Of a stretch of 51,270 nt of DNA, positions 10,931 to 25,000 are shown piece after piece. Numbering within the stretch: the first letter of the stretch is position 1; every line of letters begins with the position of its first letter. Source of the stretch: Neolecta irregularis DAH-3 (lineage: Eukaryota); the NCBI GenBank assembly GCA_001929475.1, contig LXFE01004245.1:1-51270 (forward strand), read 5' to 3'. A model generated the notes under the pieces. The model was not told the DNA's origin. It searched no databases and saw nothing but the letters and a program-made list of their open reading frames with translations. Made by a program: the position numbers and the translations under genes.

Positions 10931-11953
10931 TGATCACTGATCAGCAGACGGTGAGACACTTGACTAAGGGAGGGGATTGGTGTGAGTATCTGGTATTGTA
11001 TTGCAATAAAACAGCCAAAAGAGACAAATACAAATTCGCAGTATCGAAGAAGCTATTTATATGGAGACCATCTCAATAGGTTCGCAAGCATGCTCGGGAC
11101 GAATGGTTGACCAAAGAAGGTTCTCCTTGCCTGCTGGACAAGGATCATCGTAACACAGGTCTTCAGAGTCATGAATAGGGGTAAGCCCGGAGTTGTACCT
11201 GACCCATTATTGAACTCTCTTTGTTCTTTAAAAGACGTGGTCTCCTCTAAGCGAATTGAATTGAAGGGCTTTGCAAAACTCCATTCTACTTGGTTTGAGT
11301 TTGAATGGATATAGCCTGCAAATCGGCTAGAGCTCTTAAAAGTAGTAAGACATGTTGAATTTTGCCAGCTTCACCAAAGCAAGGATCTGTACATCGACTT
11401 GATGGAAAAGTGGTTGTTCGGTTAAACCTATCATCTTTACCTCCTATACCAGCCAGGATATTCGTCTAGACTCGGATTAGCATGTAAATTGGAAAACCAA
11501 AAGTTTATCTTGGACGTTCAATTAAAGTGTTGTTTGTAGCAAACTTTTCTCCATTATATAATTTGGCCTAGGAGACCCAAAATCAGAACCCTCTGGTCTG
11601 GTTTATGTGTGTAGAATTAGCAATACTAGTAATGTCTCTATAAGATATATGTCAGAATATATTAGTTTGTCTTACAAGGCAAGCATGGGCTAGACTAAAA
11701 ATTAGGCCAGTAGATAGGAGGCAGCAAAGTCTCGGAATGACATTAGTGCATTTACTCGGGGATTAGAAACTACCAATCTCTCCTGAAATGATCTCAGATG
11801 CACGATATAGCTTGTATTTGCCTTCTAAGGCAGTCCCGCAAGCATCATTATATAGACATTATGCGTGTAAATGCACATATTTGGTACAAAGAGTAAGGGC
11901 ATATGTTGAACCTCTTCCAACCACGAGCCCCACAACCAAGCAAGACATATCAA

Positions 11954-12833
11954 ATGACAGCTTTCGACGATATGTTCTCTGGAGACTCAGAGGACGATGA
12001 GCTGGATTTCAATTCCCTTCCTTTTCCTAAACCCATCCCGAAACGAGCTTTTGTAAGCCCTGATTTCAATCCCGACGAATTTCTGTCGACTTCCCATCGT
12101 CACCAGACCCTTAGAGACATTCAATCAGAACTGCGGCTTCGGGCACAAAGCCTAAAGAATGAACTGGTTGAGCTTGTCAATCGTGATTATGAAGATTTCG
12201 TTGGGTTGGGAGGTAGCTTGAAGGGCGGAGAAGAAAAGATTGATAGGGTGATCAAAGAGCTGGAGAGCTTCATAAAAGACGCTAGGGTACCAAATATTCG
12301 GTTGATATTTAACTCAATTCAAGGGATTAAGTGACCGAGCTTGGTCAAATTTGAAGGTCATGGATGAGAAGATGGAGGAGAAAAGAAGGCTCAAAGATGA
12401 ACGCGTATTTTCACACTCTTTCTACAACTGATTTTAGGATCTTTTCAGGGGCTTTCTGTTCCTGCTCCAACATATAGAAGAAATGGAGATGCTATTAGAG
12501 AGCAGAAATCTTCACATCTTGGATCCAAAACCGACGTTTGTTTCGACTGTCGTATCATCTAATATGAGGTCAACTTCAAGGCTACGGCATTCAGCATCGA
12601 AGTACTTGCTCATCCAACAAATTGTTGCTGGACTAAGTCACAACTTGCCAATATCTCAGTTTCAACTGTCCCGTCTATCCACTCTACGCTGCAATTTATC
12701 CGCGCAACTCAAAATGTCCATACAGGATGCGATACTTGGAAATGAGGGAGATATAATACTTCAGCTTCTAAAGGTATATCGTATGTTAGATGAGAATCCA
12801 ACATCTACAATAAAGAAATTCATAAACTCCTAG
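11954..12833 (+). CDS. COG2: Conserved oligomeric Golgi complex subunit 2
   Basis: LPFPKPI..FNPDEFLST.HRHQTLRDIQSELR..LVELVNRDYEDFVGLGGSL; two short introns. Confidence 0.88.
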
Positions 12834-12843
12834 AATAGCTCGC

Positions 12844-13688
12844 CTAGCTGAAACCCACTAACGGTATACCCGGACCGTTTGTAGACGTAAGTGAAATTTC
12901 TTCGATACCCAGATTCACTTTCGTATCAATTTTTTCTTGTCCAGCCCGTACGTTTTCTATGATAACCTGTACATTCTCTTGGATTTGAGAATCTCTGAAA
13001 TCAATCTTTTCATTAGTTGGAATCAGAACAACAATATACTTTTGCGATTTTCATTCTAACATGCCCTCCCTTCTCTCGAAAATCAATTTTCCCTTCTGCG
13101 ACTCGCAATGCGTGTACCAAGTTTATCGTCACTGTCCCACGTTTCGCACTCGGCATTAATCCTTTCGGACCGAGAATCTTCCCCAACGGTTTCAACAATG
13201 ACAACATGTCCGGATGGGCATAACATTTGTCAAAATCAAGAAACCCGCCTTTAACCTATTGTATCAAAAAGGTATTACAATAAAGAACATACCTTCTCCA
13301 CGAGTTCTTCTCCTCCAACAAAATCTGCACCAGCTTTCAAAGCGACCTGAGCATGCTTCCCAGTGGCAAAAACACAGACTTTAGGTTTTGAAGCAATTGA
13401 ATGAGGTAACTTAACAGAACCTCGAACGGGAGCTACGCCCTTTTCGGTACGCAGTCTAACATCGAGAGAAATTGCCGATGAGTGACATGGATATCCAATT
13501 TCAGCTGCGCGAAGGTAACGTGCTGCTTCTGAGACTGTGAGGCTTTTGAGCGGGACGTGCTGGGAAAATTCTTTTTCTTTTAGAGCCTTTCGATCCACTG
13601 TTGATCTTTTTGCATAACTCCGGCAGCTGGGACAGATCCATTTACGAAGAGGCGCTGGACGCTGTAGCACGAAGGATAGTAATGACAT
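12844..13688 (-). CDS. MRPL1: Mitochondrial ribosomal protein uL1m
   Basis: Presequence-like N-terminus, RGSVKLPH, KVCVFA, AGADFVGGEELV, LGKILGPKGLMPSAKRGTV, TSTNGPGIPL; two introns. Confidence 0.92.
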
Positions 13689-14609
13689 TTTGTGTTTGGG
13701 ACGCAGCGAGTTTGACTTTTTGAGTTGACAGCTCGAGAACACCACATCTGCATATGCTTCATTCCACGGATGGACCAGAATGCCATATATAATGTAATAT
13801 ATCAAATCTCCACTTTTTAATATACCAGCTCTCTTTTAGGGGTTAGTAAGAGATAAACCTGGGGACAATTAATTCTACGAGAAAGCTGTAAGAATACCGC
13901 TACCAAGGTGGCGACTATTGTTAAATCTAGCACAAATCAAGTTTCCATTCATGAAATATAGTTATTGCATAAACTAATTCGGACGGATTATTGGCCTTGA
14001 TGTCAGGGTTGTGACCGAGGGACCGAGAAACTCTTCCAGTTCACTGCCTTGTAGTATTCACTCTGACTCCTCGTATCTATTGAAGGCGAAATGGTATTAA
14101 AATTGATGAAGATCTCAATCGCATTGGCATGTCTGGCAACAGAAACAAGCCCCTATAAGGCAGCTGAAATATGAGTTTAGATTTAGTATGGAGGATGAGG
14201 AAATGGATGGCTCTCTCCATGCTGAGCTTTAGGATTCGATTCAAAGAGTGATGTATAGGCGAATGAGTTCCCTTCAGCCATTGAAGAAGTTTTACAAATG
14301 TGCATGGAAGTTGCAAAGTCGGTAAGAATATCTCGAATTCGTGAGCAATGAAGTTGCTCATAGATATATCTAATCTAATCCACAATACACTCTCCTGTAG
14401 ACAGCTCTTGAACCACCAAGTGATACATCACCACAATTATAAATGTAAACAAGAATCTGAATGATACATAGACAAACATCCTACGCCTGGCCTTTAAAGA
14501 ATGGAAAGGACGAAATAGAAATTGTGCACCAAATTATTTATATCATTCAACTGGCAATCAACCTATAGGCAGGTTGAAGACCGAACCAAGATGACTAACA
14601 TTGTTTTCT

Positions 14610-14936
14610 TTATCTTCTAGACGAAAATTTCATCCGAAAACATGTGAAGCATCCCGCCGAACCGGGTGTGGATTTTGGAGCCGACCACGATTTCGTTTTG
14701 GACGATGGGTCGTTCCCCTCGTCAAGAGATTGACCATCTTCAAATGCACTTGGAGGTAAAAACGATTCAAAGGTATTCGCTGGAATTGTCATATGTCGTT
14801 CCAAAAATGCGATAGATTCTCGAGATCCAGCACTATATCGGCCAGTGCCCATATGATCAGACTGACTGTATTGCGGCGGGTCGGCTGGTGAGTAAGGTGG
14901 CAAAGCCGAATCGTGGCAATGGGATGAAGTGAGCAT
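14610..14936 (-). CDS. Hypothetical ~108-aa protein with two PY motifs and Cys/basic C-terminus
   Basis: ATG at 14936 (upstream in-frame ATGs to 15023); LPPY and PPQY; ends GCFTCFRMKFSSRR*. No recognised homologue. Confidence 0.45.
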   Translation of the reverse strand: MLTSSHCHDSALPPYSPADPPQYSQSDHMGTGRYSAGSRESIAFLERHMTIPANTFESFLPPSAFEDGQSLDEGNDPSSKTKSWSAPKSTPGSAGCFTCFRMKFSSRR

Positions 14937-15227
14937 GCTAGGAATGTAAAGAACGAATGAGCGAACGAATGGAATTTCAAGCCTCATTATATGGGGCATT
15001 CGGAAACTAAAAGTAGCTAACATAGGCTATCGGTAAAAATGTATCCCGATATCCCGAGAGTACCAAATATTATTTTATGACACAGAATACTCGTTTAATC
15101 AAAAAAATTCATCGAGCTTGAAGCTAAGTTGCGTTTCTTCAAGGTTCCTTGAAACTAGGCTGGTGATGTGGACCACGTCTCTTCTCATCTGACCGTCTAA
15201 ACCCCCTCATTAAATTCCAAAAGCGAT

Positions 15228-15566
15228 ATGACATCTTTTCTGAGCGCATTATGGGATTCAGTTTTCACCCCTGGACCGACACCGGTTGTTGTTCGGTCGA
15301 TGAATGCGAGTTTCTTTGCGCTTCTCGTAACCTTGGGAATTTTGATATCAGTGACAAGATCAATTCACGTCGTGGTGTTGTTCTTCCTTGCGCTAGCTCT
15401 TGCTGGGATGATGCGCTGGTTCGCTTCACTGATACGATCTAGAAGGGGGCAACTAACGGAAAGGTTTTTGTCCGAACTGGAGATGGTTCAGAAGGAGAAC
15501 GCTAGGTGTGAGGAAATTTCCAAGTCCGAGCGCAGCGACAAGACCGAGTACGCTAAGGCAAAGTAA
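15228..15566 (+). CDS. PKR1: V-ATPase assembly factor Pkr1
   Basis: FLSALWDSVFTPGPTPVVV..NASF, two TM segments, WFLSEL after in-frame intron 15419-15463. Confidence 0.9.
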   Translation: MTSFLSALWDSVFTPGPTPVVVRSMNASFFALLVTLGILISVTRSIHVVVLFFLALALAGMMRWFASLIRSRRGQLTERFLSELEMVQKENARCEEISKSERSDKTEYAKAK

Positions 15567-15632
15567 CTGCGTTATGATACCATAATGAAGTCTATAATAT
15601 TAAGATTCACCAATATAATTAAATGAAAGAAA

Positions 15633-17411
<1,779 letters not shown>

Positions 17412-17480
17412 TTCTGAAATTTTGTATTCTGATGAATAAGTTTTGTGTTGTAGCGCAGTTATGTAGAAGACAGCCGGAAA

Positions 17481-20400
17481 ATGGGTCTGTTGCAACTGAA
17501 GTCGACTACTTTCGAGAAAAGTCCAATGACTGGATCCAAAACTAGCCCCAAAGGCCTAAGGACACAGAAAACCACAGAAAATAAAGGGAATAGCGAGGAA
17601 TCCGGGTGGTTTGAAGTTTCTGAAGTTTTGGCTGAGAAGGGCGACAAAGTCAAAGTCTCGTGGGTTGGAGCCGATTCCCAGGGTCAGCCCTATGTACCAT
17701 CCTGGGTACAATATTCCTCTCGAAAGCTTTCAGGTTCACTGTCCAGGTATTAAAGTGCGACTGCAGCAAAGCTACCCTTGCCGATTGGCGCAAGAAGAAA
17801 CAGAAGAAAAGTTCATCCAAAGGATCTTTGGGCATCGCGGGGCGTCTTATTGGAAAGACATCCAAGAGCACCAGTAATATATTAGAAGACTCAAGCGATG
17901 GCTAATTCTACTTAGCCGTGCCTGAAGTGGCTCAGTCCACCGAGATACGAACAACTCCACGAAAACGCCAAAAGAAAGAGTCACCCAAAACACACCATTC
18001 TGCTCATCGGTCTACAAGGCAAAATCGCTCGGATCTAGGAGAAGGGAGTTTAAAACCAAACACCAATTCACCTTTACCTGTCAGAGCCTGGAAAGAATCA
18101 AATTCTTTTCTACAGTCGAGTGAAAGGTGGCCTGATCTGAAACCCCTTAAGGCATCACCAGTGAAAGCATCAGATCAAGGTGGAGAAGATTTTGGATTCA
18201 CAAATAACAAAACCCTGAAAAAACGACCACTAGAGGGTCACACTGCACCTCAAATTCTAAAGCCTGTTTTTTTGGCTATCGAAGATTCTCAAGCCCAAGA
18301 ATCTCAGTGTACATTATCGACAACTCGCGTAGAGTCCGTCTTCCCGACACTTCAGAATCGGACCCCTTCGAAGTCAGTGTCTAATCGTCAAGTTTTGATA
18401 ACTAGTACAGATCAAGTTGCAACATCCTTCTCACATCAGTTTCCGAATAGCTTATATACGAATCGCGCACGATCACGGGAAAATACGTCCACTATCACCT
18501 CTCATATCGTGCTTAACGATCACAGACATTCTTCCGGAAATTTTAGAAGCGACAATACTATATCTGAAAGATCAACAAACCGAATCTCTCCGGCCGGGAA
18601 ATCTTTACCGCAAAGATCACCTGGAAATTTATCTTCCAGCCGAAAAGTATTTTCCTGGTTATACAACAACACGGAGGTCCCTCAAGTCACGAGAAACTCG
18701 CTCCCTTCGTTGCAAGATAATTTTAAACTAGGACTAGGCAACAGGTCGAATACAGTCTCTAGCAATATGAAATCGAAATTAAGTTGGAAAGAGCGTTCTG
18801 CAAGGTTGAGAGAGCGCCTAGATTCGAACATACCAAAGCAGCCTTCCTCGCAACATCAGCAAACTTATTCATTTACTCCCGAAAAGTCGCCATTGGCTCC
18901 AGTTATATTAGATCATGTCAAATCGCCAGTCTTGCAACCTTTGGTGGACCAATCAGTAGGTCTGATTTCGGTTTCAAATATAGAACCAACCGATGCGATG
19001 TCTATTGAAGGAATGGATGACACTTCGGCATCAACAATTTCACTTGGACCAAGTGAATATGCCATCCCGATTGGTATTGAAGAAGTGCAAAAGAAAATAT
19101 ATCTCCATCTCTTCCAGTCGCAAACAAAAGCAATTTTACAATACTGCGGCGATCCAGAGGCTGCGGAAGATAATCCCACACAGATCATGAGGAAGATTCA
19201 TCGCGATTTATCAAAAGTCCTATCGCATCATTTGCTTTTATCGAGTGTCGAGGATACACCAGAAGATATGACGGAAGAGAAACTGGCAACATACATTGCT
19301 CAAAGTAGCTCTAAATTTCACTACTTGGGGGACCTTCTGGATAAACTGAGAGATTCGAGAATGACGATCGGGATATTTGTCGAGGAAGGGAAATTACTGG
19401 TAGTCGACACTTCTGAAGATTTGCTGATGCTATCAGTTACTGGTTGAAGAATTTCTTCGAGGAAAATACATCAGAGTAAAGAGATTAGATGAAATTTCTG
19501 GCAAACCAGAACAGTCTCAAGATAATATTAGTGCAGTGCGGGTGAATCTCATTCCGACAGGGAAAGATGGGGAACGAGCTGTTGTTGTAAGCAGGCCTTC
19601 TCCCATTCAACATAACGAATTCAGGTCCAATGTGATTTTTTCATCGCTATGGATACTAGCCTTGATGTAAATGCAGCGCATGTTTTGTCATTCCGTCGGC
19701 ATCATCTGAAACTAAATCTTATTCAACCTCTTCTTCGTCTGATAGTTGTCAATTCGGCAGAACATATCACTTTATGCTGCGGGCACCGGATGCAAACACC
19801 CTCAGAACTCAGCTCGGTGATTGCTGCGTCAGCGATATTGAGGAATTCTGTCGGTCAATTAGATCAACTCGAGCTTCCTCACTATACGTTGCCTAGGGTC
19901 TTGGAATGGCTAAAGAGTGGTTTGACCAGGCACCATTGGCCATTATGTCCTCTAAAAGATCTCAAAGAGAAAAGTCGCTCGCAACCTGGATCATTAGGGT
20001 CAACGATGGATACTGAAGTTCAGCAACAATTGCTTGCCGGCTCAGCCTTGAAGAGACCTTTGGTATGCATGGCATTTTCATATGATCTCATATCTTGAGG
20101 AAGCGCAATCCTGGCAATCACACCCCGAGCTCCCTCTCCAAAAGAGGCAACATGTAGTTCCACAGCAATCTCACACTCAGCTTGATATATCAAGAGTCAG
20201 TGAAAGTTCGTCATTTCCCAAATCGTCACAATTATCTCAGCATCCAAAAAATCTGTTCATGCAAAAGGTCGACTCGAAGGATTACAGCCCGAGCCCCACT
20301 CTCCGATGGGCTGATAGGGCCAAGCGTCTACATGAAGCACATGGTATCACGCCGTCCTCGCCTTTAATATCAGTTTCGCCTCTGCTGGAATCCTTATCTC

Positions 20401-21068
20401 AAGAGCACATTCCAGCACCAGCTCCACTCCTATCGCCAACTCCCCTCACACTGCAAACTAGCCCTCAAGCATCGGAAGCGCATTCCATTGACCAATTGCT
20501 AATGCGGCTCAGGGAAAGAGATGAGGAAGTCACGCGACTTTTGCAGACGGTAGAAAGGTTACGGCTCCGCAATAATGAATTTTTAAAGAAGAACAAGAGG
20601 GTTGAAACAGAAACAGAAAAATTGACCAAACAAAATATTTCTCTGAAAGTAGAGAACGAAGATCTTTTGGCAAAAAATGCCCGACTTGAATCAGAAATCG
20701 TTGCCATGAAAGCCCAGGTGGATCGGGGAACCAAAGCAGATTTTGATGGTGCAAAGACGGGATTGCAAGAGAATCTCCAGAAAATGGAAAAAAAGATGAA
20801 AACCCAGACCGAGGAGATTGATTTCTTACGATTCAGATACCAAGAAGCTTCGACCGTCGCAGCGGATATAAGTCGTCGCTTATCAGAATGTCAATCACAG
20901 CCCAAAATCCGAGCGGATGGTGAATTAAGCAGAATGAAAGACGCACGAATCGAAACAGAACGCACTGAGCTACAATCACGTATTAACGCACTAAATACAG
21001 AAAACACAATGCTGAAGGAACAGATCAAACGAGCTGCAAAAAGGGCATCACTCGAGAATTTCCTGTAG
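17481..21068 (+). CDS. Large chromatin protein: chromo-like domain, disordered linker, Hda2/Hda3-like domain, C-terminal coiled coil
   Basis: Spliced N-terminus WFEVSEVLAEKGDKVKVSWVG..PYVPSWVLKCDCSKATLADWRKKK; EYAIPIGI..QKKIY, SSKFHYLGDLL, FFIAMDTS, PLLRLIVVNSAEHI; heptad-rich tail. At least five introns; start (17481 or 17526) and 3' end uncertain. Confidence 0.75.
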
Positions 21069-21540
21069 CACCTAAATATCGACAAAGATTCCAAGATGGA
21101 AGAACAGCTAGCGAACGCTGATGGATATATCAGGTAATATGCATGTTCTACATAGAACACCCCGTACGAAAGACCCCTATTTTAAATTCATGTTTACTAG
21201 TTGTTCGTAAACGTATATAGTCGACTCCTTCTTTAATCCCTGTCTGTCACCATGTGCCCTCATTGTGCATTCCTGAATATGTTAAGTTTTTGATACCGTG
21301 ATGCAAATTACATCATATACTACGCCGTGGGGCATATTTGTGGCCCATCGGTGAAGGTCTCAGCCGGGTGGTGGCAATCTATGAGGCACTTCCTGACGTC
21401 AGCGACTTACGACATCAAAGCGTGCTTTTGCGATCTTAGCTTCCTGAGTAATATTCTATAAGATTACTTCCCGGCCCATAACTGTTTTATTTATCTCTGA
21501 TCTTCAACAGCCCCTTGATTATATCTGCATTCCAGTGCCC

Positions 21541-21785
21541 ATGATATCATCTATTGCTGCCAAACACAATACAACACCGGAGTCGATCTCATACGCTGAA
21601 AGCGTTACCCATGAATCATATTCCAGGTATATTTAATTTCCATGGAGTCACTTATTTTCGTTAGACTTCTGATAGAACACACAAGGCGACAAATTCGCCA
21701 ATGTCGTTCTGCGAAAAAAGCCCCGCACTATTCGCCACCATCAGGTTATTCAAGCGGGGAGCGAAGAGCAACTTCCAGAGCATAA
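21541..21785 (+). CDS. Two-exon 68-aa microprotein (not in ORF track)
   Basis: ATG 21541, intron 21627-21664 (GTATAT..TTAG, 38 nt), TAA 21783-21785; MISSIAAKHNTTPESISYAESVTHESYSRLLIEHTRRQIRQCRSAKKAPHYSPPSGYSSGERRATSRA. A further upstream exon is possible (acceptor CAG at 21510). Confidence 0.55.
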
Positions 21786-22015
21786 TCAGCCAGTAGAATT
21801 GCAAAGGCGGAAAGTTTGTTATGGTATGGAAGCTGTTACGGGTGCCGCGATTTGATTTGTACGAGATATAATGATATATTTTGCAAACCTTGGGAATTCA
21901 TGGGTATCCTGTTTTACAAGCGAAATGACAAACGCCAAACTACCAAACGTACAGAAGAATGCCACGTATTATAAAGATAATCAAACTAGGGCAATTTGGT
22001 CATCATCTGGAACAT

Positions 22016-25000
22016 CTATATCGATGAGTTGGAGCGTTTATTTTTCACTTCCGATTGGCTTGCTTTAGACGATAGCATCGATTGGTTTTGGAGATGGCTA
22101 GGTTTCTGAATCCTCTTTTTCTTCAGGGTTCTATGCCCCGCCTTTGTAAGCTCATCGTCTGATGAAATTTCGTGGACCAGGATGGGGCTCTCGATATTTG
22201 CTTTGGATCTTGATGCAGGAGGCACTTGTTCTGCCAGGATTGGTGAAAAGTTTTGGGGAGAAGAAGTTGGCGATACCGGCCAGGATGGTATTTCAGGTTG
22301 AGTGACCGGATCTTCCAGATTTCCCTTTTCTTTCATACTGACTTTAGGAAGTTTGTCAACTTGTTGCGGGGAAGCCTGGGAAAATTCCTGAATCTGAACA
22401 TCACTGTTGTCTTCCTCACTGCTCTCAGCCAAACTTTGTTTTGGTTTCTTTCGATCTCGAGGGTTAGAATCCGAATTTGTTTCCTGGTTGCCAAGACTCT
22501 CGATCATTGCTCGGATTGATTCCCGCTTCATTTCGATCTCATGGATCTCCCATGATTCGTGATTTCGCTCGGCATTCTTTTTATCTTGGTGAGCAAGGAG
22601 TTCCTGAATACATTCTTCCGGTCTTTTGAGGAACTTTTCAACGTAATGTAGAAGATAAACACCGCAGTCGCAAAAGTTGTTTTGACCAGGAACCTGGATA
22701 TTAGTGTTATTGGACTATGACATTGTTACCTTGGCGTGGTATCCAGCTATAACTTCAGGGTCTATCGTCATTCCTCTTTTCTCGAGTGCTTCGGCGACAA
22801 GATAGTCACGAAGAGTCTTAATCGTCGGACTATGTTGACCACCGAGAGAATCAAATACCAGAATTAGGGGTCTATGAATAAGTCACAATTCTTCAAATTT
22901 GGACTTGCGTATTGGATTTAATTTTACCACTAACATCTCGAATTCCATAGATTTTAGATTTGCTTGCAGTTCCTGGATTCAGTTCTTTTATCATGGAGCT
23001 CTGAGATCTCTTTTTCGAAATAGGGTTGTCATTTTTTGGAGAGAAAGTAATGTCGAATTCTGGCGGAATCTCAAGTTGAGATGATTCATTCCCAGATTTG
23101 CTGTTATCCGTAGTATTCTCGTTGAGATTGACCGCCCTTATAGATGCAGCCAAACTTTGATTGTAGACACCAATGTCGCTTCGTATGATTTCATGATTTT
23201 CCATTGGCGTTGCATTCCGGTTTTCCCGGTCTCCGTCGCTCTCATTATCCATTTCTCCAATTTTCTTCATCTGTTCAAAACCACTAGCAGCTGGTATCAC
23301 ATCGGCTGCTCTATCTGTGATAATATCAATATCTATCTTGTCTTCATCGGGCACACTTGGTGCCTTGGTCGGTGTGAAACAATTAGAGAGACTAGTGGTG
23401 TCATCAGCTTTTTCGGGAGCCTTCTCTTCTAAAGATTTGCAATCGACTATTTCTCAATTTTACCGAGAGAGTACATACTCACATTTTTCCAGAGTATAAC
23501 GAGCCGCGGTGTCCATGTTGCAGATAATCGCTAGGTACCAATGCAAACTGCAATTAGTAAGACTGAGACACAAAAGAGATAACCTTTCATTCACCGGAAC
23601 GACAATATATTTGGTAGCGAAGAGATCAACGTTTCCTTTCTTGGTCCATTTTCTAACGTTTGCGTGGCCCACTTTCTTCCTGAATGTCATAAAAAGGCAG
23701 AAAGAAAGGGAACTAACCCCTCTTTATCCCGCTGCGTCAATCTTTTATAAAAGAAGGTATTAAAACAATAAAACTCGCGACCAGTGGGATCTATGGATCG
23801 AGGTGGCTCTTGACTCTGGGCATTTTGGAGTAAAAGTCTAGAGTGAGAATGGTTTAATCGAGATCGCACTTTAAATAAAAATCGATGATCGTGTCATTGA
23901 GAAATTCACCTTCATCGAGTCGCTCCAGGTCATCTGACATTATAGTGATTGAATCTTTGCCTTCCTTGGGGAATGTTGCAATACTGAAAGCATTACTTTA
24001 ACTTATGGATGATAGCGTACGGTACTGATAAAGATAATTGCCGCTTAGGCACACGTTCAGTCCTCTCGGTTTGTTTCAATGCCTTCTTCCGCCGGCTATT
24101 GTAAAGTTTAAGTCTAAGGTCATATGAAGCTTCAGGTGAGAAAGCGATACACTGGTTTTCTCTCCTTCTTTTTTGATTCATCCGTGATCAAAGTTCGCTT
24201 GTAATCAGGTTTTAATTCGTCCTTGAGATCAGTTGAAATTTTTCGAGTCGCAGTTTGGAAATATTTAGAAGCAACATTTGCACGAGAGATGACCTCTGCA
24301 CGCTCGCGACTTGAACTGGTTTTCCGGAAAGTCGGTAGGGGCGTATTGGTAGCTGCATTTCCTGGCTTTTGTGACTGGGGGAGTGTCGGTAGTAGTGACA
24401 AATCTTCTTTCATTCCAGTGATATAAGTGTTTTTACAAGTCTCCAGCGCAACACGGTGTTGATATTCACTGTTTCTCTCAATAATCAATATTAAAACGGG
24501 ACATACTCCAAGTTTCGAATAGGGATTTTAAAGTTTATATTTTGAAATGCCGCAACCACATTTTCCGTATCGTCAGGGTTGAAAAAGTAAAAGATAGTCT
24601 TTCCTGGGCCAGGGAGCGCGGCTAACCGGTTTAAATTGACCAACTGAAAGCAATCATACACCGCCGAGCGCGCAAATCACATTTCAAGAACGTCTCTTTG
24701 GGAGAATACTGCGATTAACTAAATTTGTGATGAGTGAGCATACGCTGATTGAGCTGCATTCATCCATTGTCACACAGAGCAATTCCAATGGAAGGTTCTT
24801 GAGATTCAAAACGAGATGGTCGTTTCCAATGACCAAGGACGTGCCTTGGCGTTTCCAATAATACATCGCTTTGCATTGAAACTTTTCGATTCGAACTGAT
24901 ATCTCGCCTTTATGATTTCCCTCTTCATTAATAGATGAACGTTGAAAATGATGTACTAAACGGTTCAGAGATGGGGAATTATTATCAGAAACGTCAGTTT

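Noticed and set aside
13850-14400. Short ORFs including MKISIALACLAT (signal-peptide-like)
   Set aside because: Stops after about 22 codons with no plausible intron rescue; cannot be supported as a gene or pseudogene.
21044-21200. Extra 3' exon(s) of the chromo/Hda gene via a GCATCA donor
   Set aside because: Possible, but the unspliced frame ends normally at 21068 and no homology constraint favours splicing.
21350-21365. RNase P-like GAAGGTCT motif
   Set aside because: No convincing complementary P4 3' strand or other conserved regions were found.
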